A program made the position numbers and the translations under genes. DNA of 64,000 nt, from assembly GCA_963716255.1 (NCBI GenBank), contig OY970303.1, forward strand, positions 352,001 to 416,000, in the 5' to 3' direction. Positions 61,093-64,000 of the stretch are shown here, piece after piece (positions within the stretch are counted from its first letter, which is position 1; each line of letters begins with the position of its first letter). The stretch is from an uncultured Gemmatimonadales bacterium (lineage in GTDB: Bacteria; Gemmatimonadota; Gemmatimonadetes; Longimicrobiales; Longimicrobiaceae). A model generated the notes under the pieces. The model was given only the letters and a program-made list of their open reading frames with translations, had not been told where the DNA came from and ran no database searches.

Positions 61093-62486
61093 CGCGCTCC
61101 CGGGAGGCGCACGCGCACGGGAACGGACAGGGCGGCGACGGGCTTTCCGCGCGCATCGCCGGGGTCCGGGAGCTTGGCCTCCGCCATGCCGGAGGCGGCG
61201 GACCACTTGCGCAGCCGCGTCAGGAAGCGCGCGGTCAGCTCCCGCACGCGGGGCCCGTCCGGGGGCCTGCGCTCCACGGGCCCCGGGTCGCGGACGGGAA
61301 CCCCCTCCAGGATGGCGCGGGCGCCGCACTGCGGCTCCGCCTCCTCGCGTCGGACGGCCACTTCCAGCGCGCGCAGGGCGGTCGTCTCCGCCCTCTCCCA
61401 CTCGCCGAAGCGGCGCGCCCCGTCGGCCACGTGGACCAGCGCGGCCGCCGCCCCCTCCTCCGTGGCCGCGGCCAGCCGCATCACCTCCCCGGCGGCGGCC
61501 TCGTACCCCTCCCGGTCGGCGATCCCGGCGCAGGCGCGCGCCAGGCTCCCCAGGATGGGGAGGCGCCGGTGCGGCGCGATGTGCGGCAGGGTGGCGCACA
61601 GCAGCACATGGGCGCCGGAGAAGAAGCCCTCCCGGTTCAGCAGCCAGGCGTAGTCGTGGGCCAGGAAGGGGACGCCGGGGTGCCGCACCGGGTACAGGTC
61701 CAGCGCCTGCCAGACGTGGTCCTCTGCCTCCTCGTACGTCCCCACCTCGCACGCCACGGTGAACAGGTCGTGCTGCGCCTGCCCCGCCAGCGCGCGCCGG
61801 CCCGTGCGCGCCGCCATGCGCGAGGCAAGCACGTACAGCCCGCGCGCCTGCTCGTAGTCGCCCAGGTGGAACATCAGGAACCCCAGGCGCAGGTGCCCCC
61901 GGATGTACCACACCCGGTCCATGGCGCGGCGCGCCAGCACCACCGCGCGCTGGAGCCACACCACCGCGCGGTCCACCGCCGCCACCCGCGTGCAGAACTG
62001 CCCCGCCGCCGCAGCGGCCCCGGGGTCGCGCGGGCGGGCCGCCGCGGCGGCCTCCGCGAACTGGAGGGCGGTCTCCAGCTTCCCCTGCCCTTCCGCCCAC
62101 TCCGCCACCGCCAGGCACGCCGCGGACACGGCGGAGGGGCGGGCGCGCTCCGGGTGGCGGACCATCGCCGCGAGCGTGGCGAGCGGGGCCCGCAGCTCCG
62201 GCGCCTGCTCCACCGCCCGGGCGAGCTGCTCCCGCGCCCGCCCGGAGGGCGGCATGAACAGCCCGGGGCGCCGGTCCCTGCGCGTGGACGCCCACAGCTT
62301 CACCGCGCGGACGCGCTTCCACAGCACCACCCCGAGCACGTCCTCCACCTCGCCGCAGAAGTCGAAGGTGTGCCGCTGTCCCGCCGGGGGGAGCGGCACC
62401 TTGGGGCGGCCGCGCCCGCGGACCCGGCGCGCCGGGTCCGCGGGGCCGTCCTGGTCTCCCTGGGTGCGGCCGGCGGGATCGCTCAT
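61047..62486 (-). CDS. TPR-like alpha-helical repeat protein (about 479 aa)
   Basis: Likely start MSDPAGRTQ at 62486. TPR-like helices such as HLRLGFLMFHLGDYEQARGLYVLA, GTYEEAEDHVWQAL and GEWERAETTALRAL. Confidence 0.75.
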   Translation of the reverse strand: MSDPAGRTQGDQDGPADPARRVRGRGRPKVPLPPAGQRHTFDFCGEVEDVLGVVLWKRVRAVKLWASTRRDRRPGLFMPPSGRAREQLARAVEQAPELRAPLATLAAMVRHPERARPSAVSAACLAVAEWAEGQGKLETALQFAEAAAAARPRDPGAAAAAGQFCTRVAAVDRAVVWLQRAVVLARRAMDRVWYIRGHLRLGFLMFHLGDYEQARGLYVLASRMAARTGRRALAGQAQHDLFTVACEVGTYEEAEDHVWQALDLYPVRHPGVPFLAHDYAWLLNREGFFSGAHVLLCATLPHIAPHRRLPILGSLARACAGIADREGYEAAAGEVMRLAAATEEGAAAALVHVADGARRFGEWERAETTALRALEVAVRREEAEPQCGARAILEGVPVRDPGPVERRPPDGPRVRELTARFLTRLRKWSAASGMAEAKLPDPGDARGKPVAALSVPVRVRLPGARQTVPPAVSPPLTPP

Positions 62487-62673
62487 CGCTCTCGGTGGAG
62501 GGAAGCGAAAACGGCACTGCGCGGGGGGACCAGCCCTGGACCATCCCGTCACCAGCCACTCATCAGCTACGATAGGCTCCTTTGGAGCTTGCGACTAGTA
62601 GCGGCCTCCGGCGGCAAATAATCGCCGGCGGCGCCTTTTCACCGCAGCCCGGGAGACGACCGCCTCGCGCGGT

Positions 62674-64000
62674 TCAGAAGCGCTCCCTCGCTTCCAGGTT
62701 CGCTTCCACTTCCGCCCGCGTGCGCCACACGGGGCGCAGCTCCTTGCGCGCGAAGAGCGGGAGCTGGTCGACGCGGTGGGGAGAGCTCGGCTGCGACGCG
62801 TTCCCGTAGCTCAGGAGCGCCTTCGCGCGCACGGGGCGCCCGAACTCGACGGCGGCCACGAACGAGTCGCCCCCGCCGGCGACGAAGCGGCCGTCCGGCC
62901 GCGGCTCCGACCAGAGCGCCCGGAAGACCCCGGCCTCGTCCGGGCCCCCGTTCGCGGGGAGGTCCAGGCTGTCCAGCCGCAGGCGGTTCACCTCGCCCCA
63001 GGGGACGTCCAGCGCGCCGTACGACCCGCGCACCAGCGCCGCGGCGGCCTCCAGCGCCGCCACCGCGGCGGCCGGATCGGCAAGGCCGTCGGGGGTGGCG
63101 AGAGGCGCCGAGGGGCTCCACCCGGTGGCGAACGACATGCCGCCGCTCCGCTCCATCATGGTCCGCACCCAGGCCAGGAAGAGCACGGCGCCCCGGCTCT
63201 CCGCGTCCGCGTCGTGGTTCCACCGCTCCAGGACCGCGGCGGCTTCCCGCGCCGCGGGGGTGCCGTGATCCCGCACGGCGGCCAGCAGGTCGTCCAGCAC
63301 CCGGTCGGCCAGCTCCATCCGGGTGGAGTGCTTGTAGGCGACCATCTCGTCCAGCGAGATGCTGGAGTCGGCCATGACCAGCCGGGCCGAGCGCTGCGGC
63401 CGGAACGCCATTCCCACCGGCGCCATGTACGCCGGGAAGGACTCCGGGCGGAGCGGCGACGGGAAGGTGGTGGTCCAGGGCGGATCGTTGGCGTTCTGCA
63501 GCCAGCCGCTGGGGGGATCGAGCACCCGCGGCAGGTCGCCGTAGGCGTGGGTGCGGGTCCACAGCGTCGCCGAGGTGTCCCCCCGTACGACCCCCTGCCA
63601 GAACCTCCAGTCGCCGCGGGAGCGAACGGGAACCCGCCCGTTGAACACGTGCAGGATGTGCCCGTCCCGGTCGGCGTACATGACGGTGAACATCGGCATC
63701 TGCAGGCGCCGCACCGCGCGCTCGAACTCCCCCAGGTCGCGGGCGCGCGCCATCTGCCAGTACTGGTCCGCCAGGAAGGGCTGGTCCAGCCCCACCACCC
63801 GGTAGGCGAGCGCGACTCCGCCGCGCTCGCCCAGCACCGGGCCGTGCACCGAAGCGCGCACGAGGAGCGTGTCGTCGCGCAGGCTCCCGTCGTCGCGGCG
63901 AACCCGGATCACCTCGCGGCGCGTCTCGAACGGGCGCACCCCCCCGTTCCAGCGGTACCCGCCCTCGGCCAGGGTCAGGCCGTACACGTCGGCTCCGTCC
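62674..64000 (-). CDS. Penicillin acylase / acyl-homoserine-lactone acylase-like Ntn hydrolase (partial, N-terminus outside window)
   Basis: SVHGPV, MYADRDGHI, WLQNANDPPW, GGDSFVAAVEF, SYGNASQPSSPH..DQL.LF beta-subunit motifs. Confidence 0.9.
   Translation of the reverse strand, partial: DGADVYGLTLAEGGYRWNGGVRPFETRREVIRVRRDDGSLRDDTLLVRASVHGPVLGERGGVALAYRVVGLDQPFLADQYWQMARARDLGEFERAVRRLQMPMFTVMYADRDGHILHVFNGRVPVRSRGDWRFWQGVVRGDTSATLWTRTHAYGDLPRVLDPPSGWLQNANDPPWTTTFPSPLRPESFPAYMAPVGMAFRPQRSARLVMADSSISLDEMVAYKHSTRMELADRVLDDLLAAVRDHGTPAAREAAAVLERWNHDADAESRGAVLFLAWVRTMMERSGGMSFATGWSPSAPLATPDGLADPAAAVAALEAAAALVRGSYGALDVPWGEVNRLRLDSLDLPANGGPDEAGVFRALWSEPRPDGRFVAGGGDSFVAAVEFGRPVRAKALLSYGNASQPSSPHRVDQLPLFARKELRPVWRTRAEVEANLEARERF

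Noticed and set aside
60472..62621. ORFs 60472..62559 (-), 60816..62621 (+) and 60485..60868 (+)
   Set aside because: They overlap the better-supported TPR and small-lipoprotein genes or run through repeat DNA, and have low-complexity composition.

Overview
Very GC-rich bacterial DNA. Gene style suggests Gemmatimonadota (Longimicrobium-like); this is inference, not a database result. Positions 1-51023 are a minus-strand, tightly coupled operon of at least eight NRPS genes, truncated at the left edge, with 15 adenylation (A) domains, 4 epimerization (E) domains and no thioesterase in the window. Codes read by eye give, in gene order: D-Ser | Gly, D-Ser, His | Gln-like | X, Thr (possibly dehydrated), D-Asn, Gly | D-Cys-like | Leu-like, Leu-like, Thr | Gly | X. 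Docking termini and C-domain subtypes suggest the assembly order differs from the gene order. The most striking feature is that 11 of the 15 A domains carry palindromic (REP/BoxC-like) and/or heptamer-repeat DNA in the same loop just before the A3 motif; a free copy of the palindrome lies between genes at about 60.5 kb, and one coding copy has a 1-nt G-run deletion that frameshifts the second NRPS gene. Positions 51.4-64 kb hold an orphan histidine kinase, a small lipoprotein, mutS, a GntR regulator, an HSL-family lipoprotein esterase, a panE-like reductase, a lipoprotein non-specific nuclease, a convergent small-lipoprotein/TPR-protein pair and a partial Ntn acylase. Two copies of a ~170-nt element with a fully covarying stem, a candidate structured RNA, bracket the panE/nuclease pair.
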